From Candidatus Omnitrophota bacterium (GTDB lineage Bacteria; Omnitrophota; Omnitrophia; Omnitrophales; Aquincolibacteriaceae), in assembly GCA_030698625.1 (NCBI GenBank), contig JAUYMS010000021.1, positions 6,227-70,226 of the forward strand: a stretch of DNA of 64,000 bases, given 5' to 3'. Positions 1-9,573 of the stretch are shown here, one piece after another; positions within the stretch are counted from its first letter, which is position 1, and each line of letters opens with the position of its first letter. Under the pieces are notes generated by a model. It saw only the letters and a program-made list of their open reading frames with translations. It searched no databases and was not told the origin of the DNA. The position numbers and the translations under genes are program-made.

Positions 1-224
1 TTGTTAGAATGCAAGTTCCGGAGAAGGCCGAGGAGGAATACCTGAGGGCATTGAAGCTCTATCCGGACCATCGTGATGCCCTTTACAACTTGGGAATGCT
101 CTACCATGCGAGGGGAGAGCAGGGTAAAGCGCAGGAGTATTGGAGCCGTTTAACTAAAGTATATCCCTCGGCCCGTCTGACGGCTCGAGTGCAAACCTTG
201 ATGGAGCGTGTTGCCAAAGCGTAA
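1..224 (+). CDS. TPR-repeat protein, C-terminal fragment (5' end outside window)
   Basis: TPR pattern AEEEYLRALKLYPDHRDALYNLGMLY...AQEYW; frame is open back to the window edge. Confidence 0.75.
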   Translation, partial: VRMQVPEKAEEEYLRALKLYPDHRDALYNLGMLYHARGEQGKAQEYWSRLTKVYPSARLTARVQTLMERVAKA

Positions 225-237
225 AATTAAAAGACTT

Positions 238-1668
238 ATGACATTTTTATCGCTATTTCTCACATTCCTGATGTTTCTTGGCGCCGTGCCGGCGTATGCC
301 GAGGGGCCCGGGTCCTTCATCCCTGCGGTGAGCTCCCAGGTAGGGGCACGCGTCGGAATCACCGCTGCCGTTCAGGGAACCGTGCAGCTGCTGCGTCCCG
401 GCCAAGCCGGGCATTTGGCGGGTAGCGGCGAAGCCGTGCACATCGGTGATGTGATTGAGACGGATGCGGAGAGCCAATTGCAGATCATCTTGCTCGACGA
501 GACGGTCTTTACGATCGGGCCGGAAAGCAGCATGGTGATCGACGAGTTTGTCTATGATCCCACGGACCGTTCAGGTGTCGTTAGGGCAAGTGTGACCAAG
601 GGTGTTTTTCGTTTTGTGACCGGCCAGATTGCCCGCAAGAAGCCCAGCAATATGGAAGTGAAGGTGCCGACGGGAACGATCGGCGTGCGCGGCACGATCG
701 TGCTTGGGAGCGCGGCCCCGGAGAAGTCCCTGGTGATTCTTATGGGACCGGGCGAAAATAATAATACCGGAGACCGCTTCGGAAGTTTGAAGCTGACCGG
801 CGAGGCTGAAGGTAAGAAAAAAAGTGTTAATGTCAATCGGCCCGGATTCGGGTCGGAGTTATATGCCGGAAAGGGTCCTACGCCGGCCTTTGATGCCCGC
901 GATCAGGTCATGGGACTTCAGTTGCAGTTGACTCCCAAAGAGGACGCCGGCAAGGCAAAGAAAAAATCCGGCGGCAAGGGTGCCGGCGGAGGCGGAGGCA
1001 ATGCCGGCGGTAATGACGATGGCGGGGACGGTGATGGCGGATCCGCCTCTTCCGATGCCGGCCAAGATACCGCGGCGGCCGGAGGAAGCCTCAGAGATAC
1101 CACAAGCGTCGGAGATCTGGCTCAAGATGCCGGCCGCAGTGTCAATGCCGCCATTAGCGATGGGGCCGAGGCTGACGTCCTCCAGATTCTTGACGGTGAA
1201 GCGACCTTTGCGCAATTGCGTACAGTGAGCACCGGGCAATTTAACTTCAAACAAACCGGGGTGCCTCTTTTTCTGTCCAATGGGAGTCCGGACGGAGCCG
1301 CTAACTATAATATCCAACTCGATATTGACTTTGGGGCACGTCGGATAGCGGGGGGGAATTCCAGGTTGGTGATCAATAATAGTGCGCTGTTCGGGGCGCC
1401 GACAAGGACTTTCACTTTGCCCGGTTTTTCTTTTAATAATTTAACCGGCAATGCGGCTGCTGATTTTAATTTCACGGTTGGCAGCGAGGACGCCAATTGT
1501 AGCGGAAGTGATTGCACCGTTAACTTAGGGGTGGACTTTATCAACGGTGGGGGTGTTGCCGGCAGAAGTCTCGATCACGACGTGATCATCATCAATCCCA
1601 ACCAAGGGGCTCCGAACGATCGTTCCACAGGCGCAGGCCAGACGCAGCGCCAGAGCGGCCTGTCCTAA
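238..1668 (+). CDS. Exported FecR-domain protein with Gly/Asp-rich linker and beta-rich C-terminal domain
   Basis: Signal peptide ending PAYA; FecR-like motifs GDVIET, DETVFTIGPES, GVFRFVTG, TPTGTIGVRGT-type (VPTGTIGVRGT). Start ATG 238 chosen over the track's 208. Confidence 0.8.
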   Translation: MTFLSLFLTFLMFLGAVPAYAEGPGSFIPAVSSQVGARVGITAAVQGTVQLLRPGQAGHLAGSGEAVHIGDVIETDAESQLQIILLDETVFTIGPESSMVIDEFVYDPTDRSGVVRASVTKGVFRFVTGQIARKKPSNMEVKVPTGTIGVRGTIVLGSAAPEKSLVILMGPGENNNTGDRFGSLKLTGEAEGKKKSVNVNRPGFGSELYAGKGPTPAFDARDQVMGLQLQLTPKEDAGKAKKKSGGKGAGGGGGNAGGNDDGGDGDGGSASSDAGQDTAAAGGSLRDTTSVGDLAQDAGRSVNAAISDGAEADVLQILDGEATFAQLRTVSTGQFNFKQTGVPLFLSNGSPDGAANYNIQLDIDFGARRIAGGNSRLVINNSALFGAPTRTFTLPGFSFNNLTGNAAADFNFTVGSEDANCSGSDCTVNLGVDFINGGGVAGRSLDHDVIIINPNQGAPNDRSTGAGQTQRQSGLS

Positions 1669-1671
1669 TCT

Positions 1672-3888
1672 CTATTTGCTGAGGGCGATGTAGACACCAT
1701 CCCAGTCAGTGCCGGGGGGGTGGGCCTGATAGAAGCGAATGCGCTCCTGATAAAGGTTGTAAAGAATCTGCAAGCGCGTTCGCGGCGTATCCCACTTCCA
1801 ACATTCATCAATCAGTTTGAGCGCATCATTCCATCGCTGACCGCGATAGGCCGTCAGCATCTCTCCATGATTACGAATTAACGTTTGAAACCAATCGGCC
1901 TCTTTCATGGTTGAATCGCCCAGAAGTGCGAAGATGTGCACCGGTACTTTCTTGCCCTTCACCCTGATGAGGTCCACTTCGACGGCGGCAAACCCGCTAG
2001 CTTCATCGTATGTGTTTTTTCCGATGATGATGTCCGCGTTATAGTTTTTTGACTGGCCCTCCAGGCGAGAGGCCAAGTTGACGTTGTCACCCAAGGCCGA
2101 ATAGTCGAACCGTTGCTCCGAACCCATATTTCCGACGCAGCAATCACCGGTGTTGAGTCCGATGCCGATGTGTACGGGATAATAGGGTTTGCCCTTGGCT
2201 TCGAATTCGGCCTTAATGTCCGTATTCCAATCGAGCATATGGTTGCGCATGTTCAGCGCGGCTTGGCAGGCGTTAGAGGCATGATTTGGGTCATCGAGCG
2301 GGGCATTCCAGAAAGCCATAATACAGTCGCCCATGTACTTGTCGATCGTCCCGCTTTCCTTCATGATGAAGTCGGTCATCGGCGTCAGGAAGCGGTTAAT
2401 AAAGTTCGTAAGTTCTTGTGCATCAAGGTTTTCCGAGATGGTGGTAAAACCGCGGATATCGGCAAAAAGAAGCGTCATGTTCCTAGTTTCGCCGCCGAGC
2501 TTTAACTGTTCGGGATGTTGCGCCAATCGCTCGACCAAGGCCGGGTTCATGTAACGGCTGAAGGCAGCACGTACCTGTGCCTTCTCCGTTTCAGTTCGCA
2601 GGAAACTGATCAACGATACGACGATATAAAGAATCAAGCACATGAGCGACGGTACAATGGGGTCGACGAGCCAGCTCCTATTTGTGAAGAAATACCAGGA
2701 GAGTCCCACGGCCGTACCTGCGCCGACCAATCCGATAATTGCGCACCAGGCAGCCCCGAGCCTGGGCATGAGGATGATTAAGATCAGTCCGAGGATGAGG
2801 ACGAATAGAAACTCGGCTCCCGGCGCCCAATCGGGCCGGTAGAGAAACTCCTGATGAATGATTTGCTCGGCAAGCTGGGCATGAATGTCGACGCCTGCGG
2901 CGAGCGGATCGAGAGGCGTGGTTCTCAGATCTTTGAGACCTGCAGCGCTCGTGCCCACGAACAGTATGGCGCCGTTGATTTCCTCACCGTCATAGCTTTC
3001 ATCCAGAAGTTTCCATGCGGGAATGCGCCGCTCTTTTATAAAGCCCGTGTCATAGAGCCACATTCTTCCTTCGGCGTCCGTCGGTATAGCAAACTGCCCG
3101 ATCTTTACGCTGACGATGCCTGTGTACTCACCAAAGCTCATCTCGCCGCTTGCACCGGATGATTTTATGATATAGGTGGAAGCGTCTTGGGCTACGCGCA
3201 GCGCTTCGCCGGTAAGTGAGGGATAAAGCTCTTGTTTGAGACGAAACAAAAATGGGACACGTCTGATGATGGCGTCATGGTCCGCGAAAAAATTAAAGCT
3301 TCCGTTGCCCATTGATGCTTTCTCGATTTCGGGCAGGTTGAGGATTGCGCCGTTAAAGGGGACTAGGCTTTTCTTTGGGTCATCCCCCCCGTGCGCAAAG
3401 CCCGCTTTACGTTGAGGTGTTATGCCGTTGTCGTTCATGGTCAGATTGAAACCCGTGACGACGCGGGAACTCGCGAGCGTCTCGGCGAAGTATTCATCAT
3501 GTTTCGGCAACGCATCGATCTGAGACAGGAGAGTTTTAACGCCGGGTGTCTGCGGCCAAAACGGGAGAATGTTCTCCGGAGAGCTGCGATCGGGCTCCGC
3601 AAATAAAACATCAAAAGCGATGACGGCAACACCGAAGTCGGTCGCACGCTTCACGAGACCCGCAACGAGTGTCCGCGGCCACGGCCATTGCCCGAGGCGC
3701 GACAAGCTTTCTTCGTCGATATCGATAACCCGTACCGGAGCGGGCTCATATTGGCGGGGTTTAATGCGCTGATACGTGTCAAAGACGTTCAGTTGGAGAT
3801 CGTCGACAGCAGTGGGGGTCGCAATTCTTAGGCCCAAAAGTCCGATCAGAAGGATATAGGGAATAAGAGCCGACCCAATGCGTTTCAT
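1672..3888 (-). CDS. CHASE2-domain class III adenylate/guanylate cyclase
   Basis: CHASE2 motifs (IDEESL..LGQWPWPR, FDVLFAEPD), 3 TM helices, cyclase motifs FADIRGFT, DKYMGDCIMAFW, GDNVNLASRLEG. Confidence 0.93.
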   Translation of the reverse strand: MKRIGSALIPYILLIGLLGLRIATPTAVDDLQLNVFDTYQRIKPRQYEPAPVRVIDIDEESLSRLGQWPWPRTLVAGLVKRATDFGVAVIAFDVLFAEPDRSSPENILPFWPQTPGVKTLLSQIDALPKHDEYFAETLASSRVVTGFNLTMNDNGITPQRKAGFAHGGDDPKKSLVPFNGAILNLPEIEKASMGNGSFNFFADHDAIIRRVPFLFRLKQELYPSLTGEALRVAQDASTYIIKSSGASGEMSFGEYTGIVSVKIGQFAIPTDAEGRMWLYDTGFIKERRIPAWKLLDESYDGEEINGAILFVGTSAAGLKDLRTTPLDPLAAGVDIHAQLAEQIIHQEFLYRPDWAPGAEFLFVLILGLILIILMPRLGAAWCAIIGLVGAGTAVGLSWYFFTNRSWLVDPIVPSLMCLILYIVVSLISFLRTETEKAQVRAAFSRYMNPALVERLAQHPEQLKLGGETRNMTLLFADIRGFTTISENLDAQELTNFINRFLTPMTDFIMKESGTIDKYMGDCIMAFWNAPLDDPNHASNACQAALNMRNHMLDWNTDIKAEFEAKGKPYYPVHIGIGLNTGDCCVGNMGSEQRFDYSALGDNVNLASRLEGQSKNYNADIIIGKNTYDEASGFAAVEVDLIRVKGKKVPVHIFALLGDSTMKEADWFQTLIRNHGEMLTAYRGQRWNDALKLIDECWKWDTPRTRLQILYNLYQERIRFYQAHPPGTDWDGVYIALSK

Positions 3889-4232
3889 CAATGCGAGGCT
3901 AGCTCGGTGAGCGCCTCCTCTTCCGATCCGACTATCGAAAAGAAGAGCTGTAGTTTGGCGAGTTCAAAGATGTTGCGAACGGCGTCGGAAAGATTGTAAA
4001 AAACAAGCTTGCCGCCATGGCTTTTGATCTTCTGATAAAATTCGACAAAGACCGCAATGCCGGAACTGTCGATGTAAGGCACTCCTTGGAAATCCAGGAG
4101 AATTTTTTGGGCCTTGTCATCGACTAACCGGGTCAATTGAGCTCGCATCTCGGAAGAACCTTGATAGTCGAGGTCTTCACTCAGCATCACGTGATCGCAA
4201 CCGTCGCCCTTTTTATCGAACCGGATCTTCAT
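3888..4232 (-). CDS. STAS-domain anti-sigma factor antagonist (SpoIIAA/RsbV-like)
   Basis: LDFQGVPYIDSSGI motif with the phospho-acceptor Ser; its TGA overlaps the cyclase ATG. Start set at MKIRF (4232). Confidence 0.9.
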   Translation of the reverse strand: MKIRFDKKGDGCDHVMLSEDLDYQGSSEMRAQLTRLVDDKAQKILLDFQGVPYIDSSGIAVFVEFYQKIKSHGGKLVFYNLSDAVRNIFELAKLQLFFSIVGSEEEALTELASH

Positions 4233-4322
4233 AGGCGAAATTATAGGCCGTCCGGCAGAGGAGCACAAATCCTAAATTTAGCCTGCTTGCATTCTTGCGG
4301 CAGTTGAACTACTATTTTGCAG

Positions 4323-5444
4323 ATGGCCTCTCAGGATACTAACTTTCAAGCCGCACAAGAGATAGGGAAGATCTACCAGTCTATTCTGGAGAAAAAGCCG
4401 CTCTGTGATTTTTTCGTGGAAAGCGTCTCAAAGTATGTCCAGGCCTCGCGCGGCTATTTCTTTCTGCTGGGGCGTGAGGATACTTTCTGGCTGGAAGCTT
4501 CTACCGATTCTCGTAAAACCGCCCCTTCCGAGATCGAAGAACGCGCCAAGAAAGGTCTCGCTCAAGGAAAACCCCTCATGGAGTTCCTCCATCTGATGGT
4601 TCCGCTCGTTGTTCGGAATAATCCGGTGGGGATCGTCTGTCTCGTGCGCGAAGAATCGAAGGGACCGTTTGAACAGGGTGATCTGGACCTCGCTGCTGCT
4701 TTGGCGGCTCAGATGGCGGGGGCGTTTAAGAACATTCTCTTACTCGAAGAAAACCTTAAAATGGAGCGGCTTGCCGCAATCGGAAACACCGTCGGCATGG
4801 TCATGCATGAAATAAAGAACATTATGCAGCTCGCTCAGCTTTCCTACGAATACACCCAGAAGGGTGTAGAACTCAAGAAGGAGAACTTCATCGAAAAGGG
4901 ATTGGCGATGATGTCCAAGGCGCTCAAAGAAATGAACGGATTTATCTGGGAGATGCTCAGCTTGTCAAAGGAATGCGCGATCGAACCCGTTTCGGTCGAC
5001 ATGCCGAAGTTACTCAAAGAACTTACCGATGATCTTAGAGACAAGGCGCAGAGTTTCAGAGTGACTCTCAAATTGGATTTGGAAGAGAATTTCCCGGCCG
5101 TGCAGGCTGACGGACGGGGCCTTTACCGTGCGATACTCAATCTGGTGAAGAACTCCATGGAGGCATGCCACAAGGAAGAGTCCACGGTGACGCTGTCCCT
5201 TCGCTCTTGTGACGAAGTATCTTATCAGATAGGCGTGGAAGATAACGGTGACGGAATGACTCAGGAAGTGAAAGCACGAATTTTTGAGGCTTTTTTCTCA
5301 ACCAAAGGCGCTCGCGGTACCGGGCTCGGACTTATGATTATAGACCGCACAATACGCGCCCATCACGGGACAATTGAGGTGAAGAGTGAATTGGGAGAAG
5401 GCACCCGGATCACTTTGACTCTCCCGACAACGCCCCCGGTTTAA
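4323..5444 (+). CDS. GAF-domain sensor histidine kinase
   Basis: H-box MHEIKN, N-box NLVKNS, G1 EDNGDG, F/G2 FFSTK..GTGLGL; N-terminal GAF-like region. Confidence 0.9.
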   Translation: MASQDTNFQAAQEIGKIYQSILEKKPLCDFFVESVSKYVQASRGYFFLLGREDTFWLEASTDSRKTAPSEIEERAKKGLAQGKPLMEFLHLMVPLVVRNNPVGIVCLVREESKGPFEQGDLDLAAALAAQMAGAFKNILLLEENLKMERLAAIGNTVGMVMHEIKNIMQLAQLSYEYTQKGVELKKENFIEKGLAMMSKALKEMNGFIWEMLSLSKECAIEPVSVDMPKLLKELTDDLRDKAQSFRVTLKLDLEENFPAVQADGRGLYRAILNLVKNSMEACHKEESTVTLSLRSCDEVSYQIGVEDNGDGMTQEVKARIFEAFFSTKGARGTGLGLMIIDRTIRAHHGTIEVKSELGEGTRITLTLPTTPPV

Positions 5445-6712
5445 CTGCTGAGCATGACGACGAGATTGGTCATGTCGTCGTGTTGCGGGGCGCCGCCCAC
5501 AAAATCCTGCACGGAACGGATAAGGCCTTCGCACTGGTCTTTTGCGTTTGCGTGTTTCGTCATCGTCGCCTGAGTGAGCCGATTCATACCGTATTCCTCA
5601 CCCTTCTTGTTCCGCGCCTCGACAATGCCGTCAGTATAAAGGTACAGCCTATCTCCCGCTGAAAGCGAAATACAGGACTCCGTGTAGGGGGTGTCCTTTA
5701 CGAGGCCGAGAGGAACTCCTGCATTGTGATCCAGCGGTTCCGACAGGTGCGCGTCGGGGCGACTTCTGATAATTGGGTGGTGTCCGGCCGAAGCGTAAGA
5801 TAATTCTCTGTTTTTCACGTCAAGGACCATGTAAAGCAGTGTGATGAACATGCCGAATTGCGTCGCCTTTACCAGAGAGTTGTTGAGCGTCATGAGAAGT
5901 TCGGACGGGGCCGGATACCTTAATGCCATGGAGCGGTAATCGCAAATAGCTCGCACCATATAGAGCGCTGCGGGCACGCCCTTACCCGAGACATCCGCAA
6001 CGAGGACTCCGATTTTATCTTCCGTCAGTTTAAGGACATCATAGAAATCGCCGCCGACACCGCGTGCCGGAATGCTCGTTGCCGCGATATCGACTCCCGC
6101 GCAGACAGCCTCGAGCTCAGGGAGAAAGTTCTGTTGAATGTCGTGAGCTATTTTGAGTTCTTGTCGTGAACGCTCCTGCTTAAGGATCTCACTGTGCAGC
6201 CTGGCCGCTTCGACGGCAATGGCCGCCTGATCTGCGAAGACTTCAAATAGGTCCAGGTCCCGCTGTTCAAATTCTGTGCGGCCCGTCGGGTTCAAAGCCT
6301 GCAACACGCCGATGATTTTGTCTTTCGCTTTCATGGGGACGCATATAATGGCCTTCGACTTAAACCCGGTAGCTTTATCGAAGCGGCGGGCGAATCGCTT
6401 GTCCTTTTCGGGCTCATTGACGATTACGGATTCTCCCGATTGGGCAACATGACCGGCAATTCCCTCGCCCATCTTGAGCCGGAACTGCTCCACCAACTGA
6501 GTTCCTTTCTCACCCAAGGCCACTCGGAAAATCAACTCGTCTGTCTGTTCGTCGACGAGCATGAGGGAGGCGGCGCCGGTGCGCATGACTTCGGCCGCCG
6601 TATTCATAATAACGGTCAGGAGTTCGTCGAGATCGAGCGTGGAGTTGAGTTTGCTTGTTACCGAAAGGACTTTGCGGAGATCTTGGATGGTTTGAGCTGT
6701 TGAATTTTTCAA
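5441..6712 (-). CDS. GAF + PP2C/SpoIIE Ser/Thr phosphatase (RsbU-like)
   Basis: GGDFYD, DVSGKG, YTDGIVEA, DDMT motifs; GAF domain upstream. Start uncertain: TTG 6712 overlaps the upstream stop, the track gives 6838. Confidence 0.88.
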   Translation of the reverse strand: MKNSTAQTIQDLRKVLSVTSKLNSTLDLDELLTVIMNTAAEVMRTGAASLMLVDEQTDELIFRVALGEKGTQLVEQFRLKMGEGIAGHVAQSGESVIVNEPEKDKRFARRFDKATGFKSKAIICVPMKAKDKIIGVLQALNPTGRTEFEQRDLDLFEVFADQAAIAVEAARLHSEILKQERSRQELKIAHDIQQNFLPELEAVCAGVDIAATSIPARGVGGDFYDVLKLTEDKIGVLVADVSGKGVPAALYMVRAICDYRSMALRYPAPSELLMTLNNSLVKATQFGMFITLLYMVLDVKNRELSYASAGHHPIIRSRPDAHLSEPLDHNAGVPLGLVKDTPYTESCISLSAGDRLYLYTDGIVEARNKKGEEYGMNRLTQATMTKHANAKDQCEGLIRSVQDFVGGAPQHDDMTNLVVMLSS

Positions 6713-7413
6713 ATCCAAAGTCGGAATAAAAGGCCCATGAGGGCGGCCACCGAAAAACTGGACAAAAAGTCGGACTTGTCCCTGAGCTTTGGCGATGTGA
6801 GCCGTAGGAGCCCGACCATGGGGGCCGCGATCATCCAAAGCGGATTTGTCGCAAAAACGAAAACACCCGCCACCAAACCGCGCTCCACAAGCCCGTGGGA
6901 CATCTCGAAGCTGGAGATGCCGTGATCGGGGCGTGACGACGGAATAAAACTGCGGCGAAAAGTGAACGCGAGGTAACTGTACCCGAAGGTAACCCCAATG
7001 AAAAGCAACAGGATCAATGTTACTGCGTCATGCGAGTAAAGCGTATCCAGTAAGGGGTACTCGGGCACACCCAACCGGAGCCGGCTTGCCGGCAGCAGGA
7101 ATGCTCCTGTAATCCACAAAAAGTGAAAGAACTGATCGGTGACAAAGCATGGGAACATAATCCGCTGATTTTGCTGTAACCGGTATTTGAGGCGGTCTTG
7201 AAGATAATGAAGCATACATAGGAAGAAGACATAGAACCACATTGAAGTAAACTGTAGATAGGGGAATACGAGCAGCATGGTGACGATGTAGTGAATGGCT
7301 ACATGCAGAAAATGACCGAGGACCCGTTTGACCTTGAGTTTATAAAGCTCGTCAAACTGCAGTATAAAATCGCCGATCATATGAGCGAGGCATAATTTCA
7401 GGAACAGAAACAT
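6709..7413 (-). CDS. DUF3307-like membrane protein
   Basis: AHMIGDFILQ, H..IH, HYLQD, DQFFH motifs with several TM helices; start at MFLFLK. Confidence 0.7.
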   Translation of the reverse strand: MFLFLKLCLAHMIGDFILQFDELYKLKVKRVLGHFLHVAIHYIVTMLLVFPYLQFTSMWFYVFFLCMLHYLQDRLKYRLQQNQRIMFPCFVTDQFFHFLWITGAFLLPASRLRLGVPEYPLLDTLYSHDAVTLILLLFIGVTFGYSYLAFTFRRSFIPSSRPDHGISSFEMSHGLVERGLVAGVFVFATNPLWMIAAPMVGLLRLTSPKLRDKSDFLSSFSVAALMGLLFRLWI

Positions 7414-7504
7414 GAGGTCGATTTTAACATATAGAAACAATATTTGACTACCCCTTAGGTGAGGGTCACAATAGCCGCGCATAAGAAAGGCCGGAACTAG
7501 ATCT

Positions 7505-8821
7505 ATGGGAAAAGTACGATATCGGTGTACGCACTGCGGACGGCGGTTTGAGGCTGAGGACAGGGAGACTCTTGAGTGTCCCCACTGTTTCTGGAGTTCG
7601 TCGGTAAAGAGGGAAGACGACGTTGATGACCGCAAACCAGGGGCCCTCGCTCCCGCCAACGAGACCCATGTAAAGAAGAAGCCTCGGGAACCCTTCAAAA
7701 CTCCGGCATGGGTAAGGCCCGCGGGTTATGCCGCACTTGGAATCGCCGTCATTGCCCTGGCAATTTATTGTTTTATGGCTTATTGGCCTTTTTCTTCCGG
7801 GAGCGAGACTCGGGATAGCGTAGAGCACATAGATATTCCGGCCGTGCCCGAAAGCAAAGCCGGGGCTCAGAGCTCCAGCCTCTCCGATGCAGAGCGATAC
7901 AGCTTGCAGAATCGTGTCTTGCTGGCCCCAGACCGCACTGTGGAAGCCGATGAAAGAGAGGCCTTAGATGTCCGCGTGTCTTTTAAGACGGGGCTGGTAG
8001 AGCAGTTGCCGTCACGCATCTGGACTTTAGAGGCTTATACGGGACTCATCGCCGAACGGGAAGCCTTTTACCACGTACCGCTTTCCCGCAGCTATAAAAA
8101 GAAGCTTGAGAACCTCTTTAAAGATTACTATCTCTCCGGCGAAACTGCTTTTAATGACGGCGACTTGCTTAAAGCACGTGACCTATGGGTGCGGTCGCTG
8201 GTTTTTCCGATTTACGGGGACGATATACAAAAGCATCGGGGCGTGGTGCTGACCATGATCCGGCCGTTTATTAACGATACGCTTTCCAAGATCGGGGCCA
8301 TTAATACTTCGCTCGTGGAACGGGTTATCCGAGAAACGGAACAAGCGATTAGCATCGACTACGCGAAACTGCACGACTTGATTCAAAAGCGTTCGTGGCA
8401 GGAGGCCTCGAGCCTACTGCGTAGCTTGGAAGGACAAATCCTCGCACTGGAAGCTTCTCAGGGCACGACAGGAACGGCGCCGCCCTATTCGGAGGCTCTG
8501 ACTCAAATGGATGCCGATATTCGCGGAACGCTTTTAAATCTTCGAGAGCCGCCGATGCCCGCTGTTGCGGATTTGACAGAAATGCTCGGGGACGTTCGCA
8601 GAAAAATGTCTCTCGTTGACAGTTTCATTCCCGAGACATTGAAACAGACGACGGCAAGTTATCAAAACATGGCGCGTGAGATTGAGGCCGGCCGATGGCG
8701 GGAAGTAGAAGGCATGTTGCGAAACGTAAATCTTCCGCAAGTCTATGCGAATGATCTTCGCGCGAAGATTGAAGTTGCGAAAAAAATGGACAAGCAAAAG
8801 CTTGCTTCGGGTGTGAATTAG
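7505..8821 (+). CDS. Hypothetical protein: N-terminal zinc ribbon, one TM helix, helical extracytoplasmic domain
   Basis: CTHC...CPHC, then hydrophobic segment AALGIAVIALAIYCFMAYW. Confidence 0.7.
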   Translation: MGKVRYRCTHCGRRFEAEDRETLECPHCFWSSSVKREDDVDDRKPGALAPANETHVKKKPREPFKTPAWVRPAGYAALGIAVIALAIYCFMAYWPFSSGSETRDSVEHIDIPAVPESKAGAQSSSLSDAERYSLQNRVLLAPDRTVEADEREALDVRVSFKTGLVEQLPSRIWTLEAYTGLIAEREAFYHVPLSRSYKKKLENLFKDYYLSGETAFNDGDLLKARDLWVRSLVFPIYGDDIQKHRGVVLTMIRPFINDTLSKIGAINTSLVERVIRETEQAISIDYAKLHDLIQKRSWQEASSLLRSLEGQILALEASQGTTGTAPPYSEALTQMDADIRGTLLNLREPPMPAVADLTEMLGDVRRKMSLVDSFIPETLKQTTASYQNMAREIEAGRWREVEGMLRNVNLPQVYANDLRAKIEVAKKMDKQKLASGVN

Positions 8822-8866
8822 CGTTAAGCTTTGAATTAGAAAATTAAACTTTTTCTACATTTCAAA

Positions 8867-9265
8867 ATGTCGAATTGGCGAGAGGTTTCTCCAGGATTGA
8901 GCCCGTCGGGAGCGGTTTTTGCGCTGGTGGCCAGCGTAGAGATAGCGACCCGGCTTGTGAAGGCAGCAAAGCATTGTCATGCGCAGTTAAATAATTTTGA
9001 CGATGTGGAACGCCTGCTTGCCTTTGCCCGGGAAAAACCGCCCATGTTCATCATTTTGGATTGGGATGAACGAGAGGCGCAGGCATTTCGGTTGTTGCAG
9101 GCCCTTCGGTCGGCGGGTCTCGATAAGGTGCCAACCGTAGGCTTCAGTTCGCAATCAAAGGGCAGCTTGCGAGAGGAAGCTCAGCGGGCAGGGTGCCATA
9201 GAGTGTATCCAAAATCTGAATTTATTCGAAATTTGGACGATATATTTATGAGGTATGTGACATGA
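8867..9265 (+). CDS. Stand-alone, atypical response-regulator receiver-like protein
   Basis: PMFIILDWD, VPTVGFS, AQRAGC..VYPK resemble the receiver fold; the N-terminal acidic pair is not evident. Confidence 0.6.
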   Translation: MSNWREVSPGLSPSGAVFALVASVEIATRLVKAAKHCHAQLNNFDDVERLLAFAREKPPMFIILDWDEREAQAFRLLQALRSAGLDKVPTVGFSSQSKGSLREEAQRAGCHRVYPKSEFIRNLDDIFMRYVT

Positions 9266-9573
9266 TTTTTCATCTTGGCACTGAAATTCCTGAAAGGTCT
9301 GAAGCGACGCTTGATCATGAAAGGATCGAGCTTACTAAGACTGAAGGCGATATCATCAAGACTCAGATCCGAAAGAATAGCGTCCTTGTGGACGAATATG
9401 TGGGCCGGTTGGATCTTCTCCTCAATAAGGAACGATACCCGCAGCACGCCGTATTCATCAAGAAGATACGGCGCCGTCTCGAGCTTTTAATGGACGAAAA
9501 TAATACCTTCCGCAAAGTCCTCTGGGCCCACTTACAACGTGAAGAACTCTCAAGGATAAGCCTTCATCCATGA
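9262..9573 (+). CDS. Hypothetical helical protein
   Basis: 103-aa ORF with ATGA overlaps to both neighbours. Confidence 0.55.
   Translation: MIFHLGTEIPERSEATLDHERIELTKTEGDIIKTQIRKNSVLVDEYVGRLDLLLNKERYPQHAVFIKKIRRRLELLMDENNTFRKVLWAHLQREELSRISLHP

Noticed and set aside
960-1085. GGC-rich low-complexity DNA
   Set aside because: Encodes the Gly/Asp linker of the FecR-domain protein; not an independent repeat.
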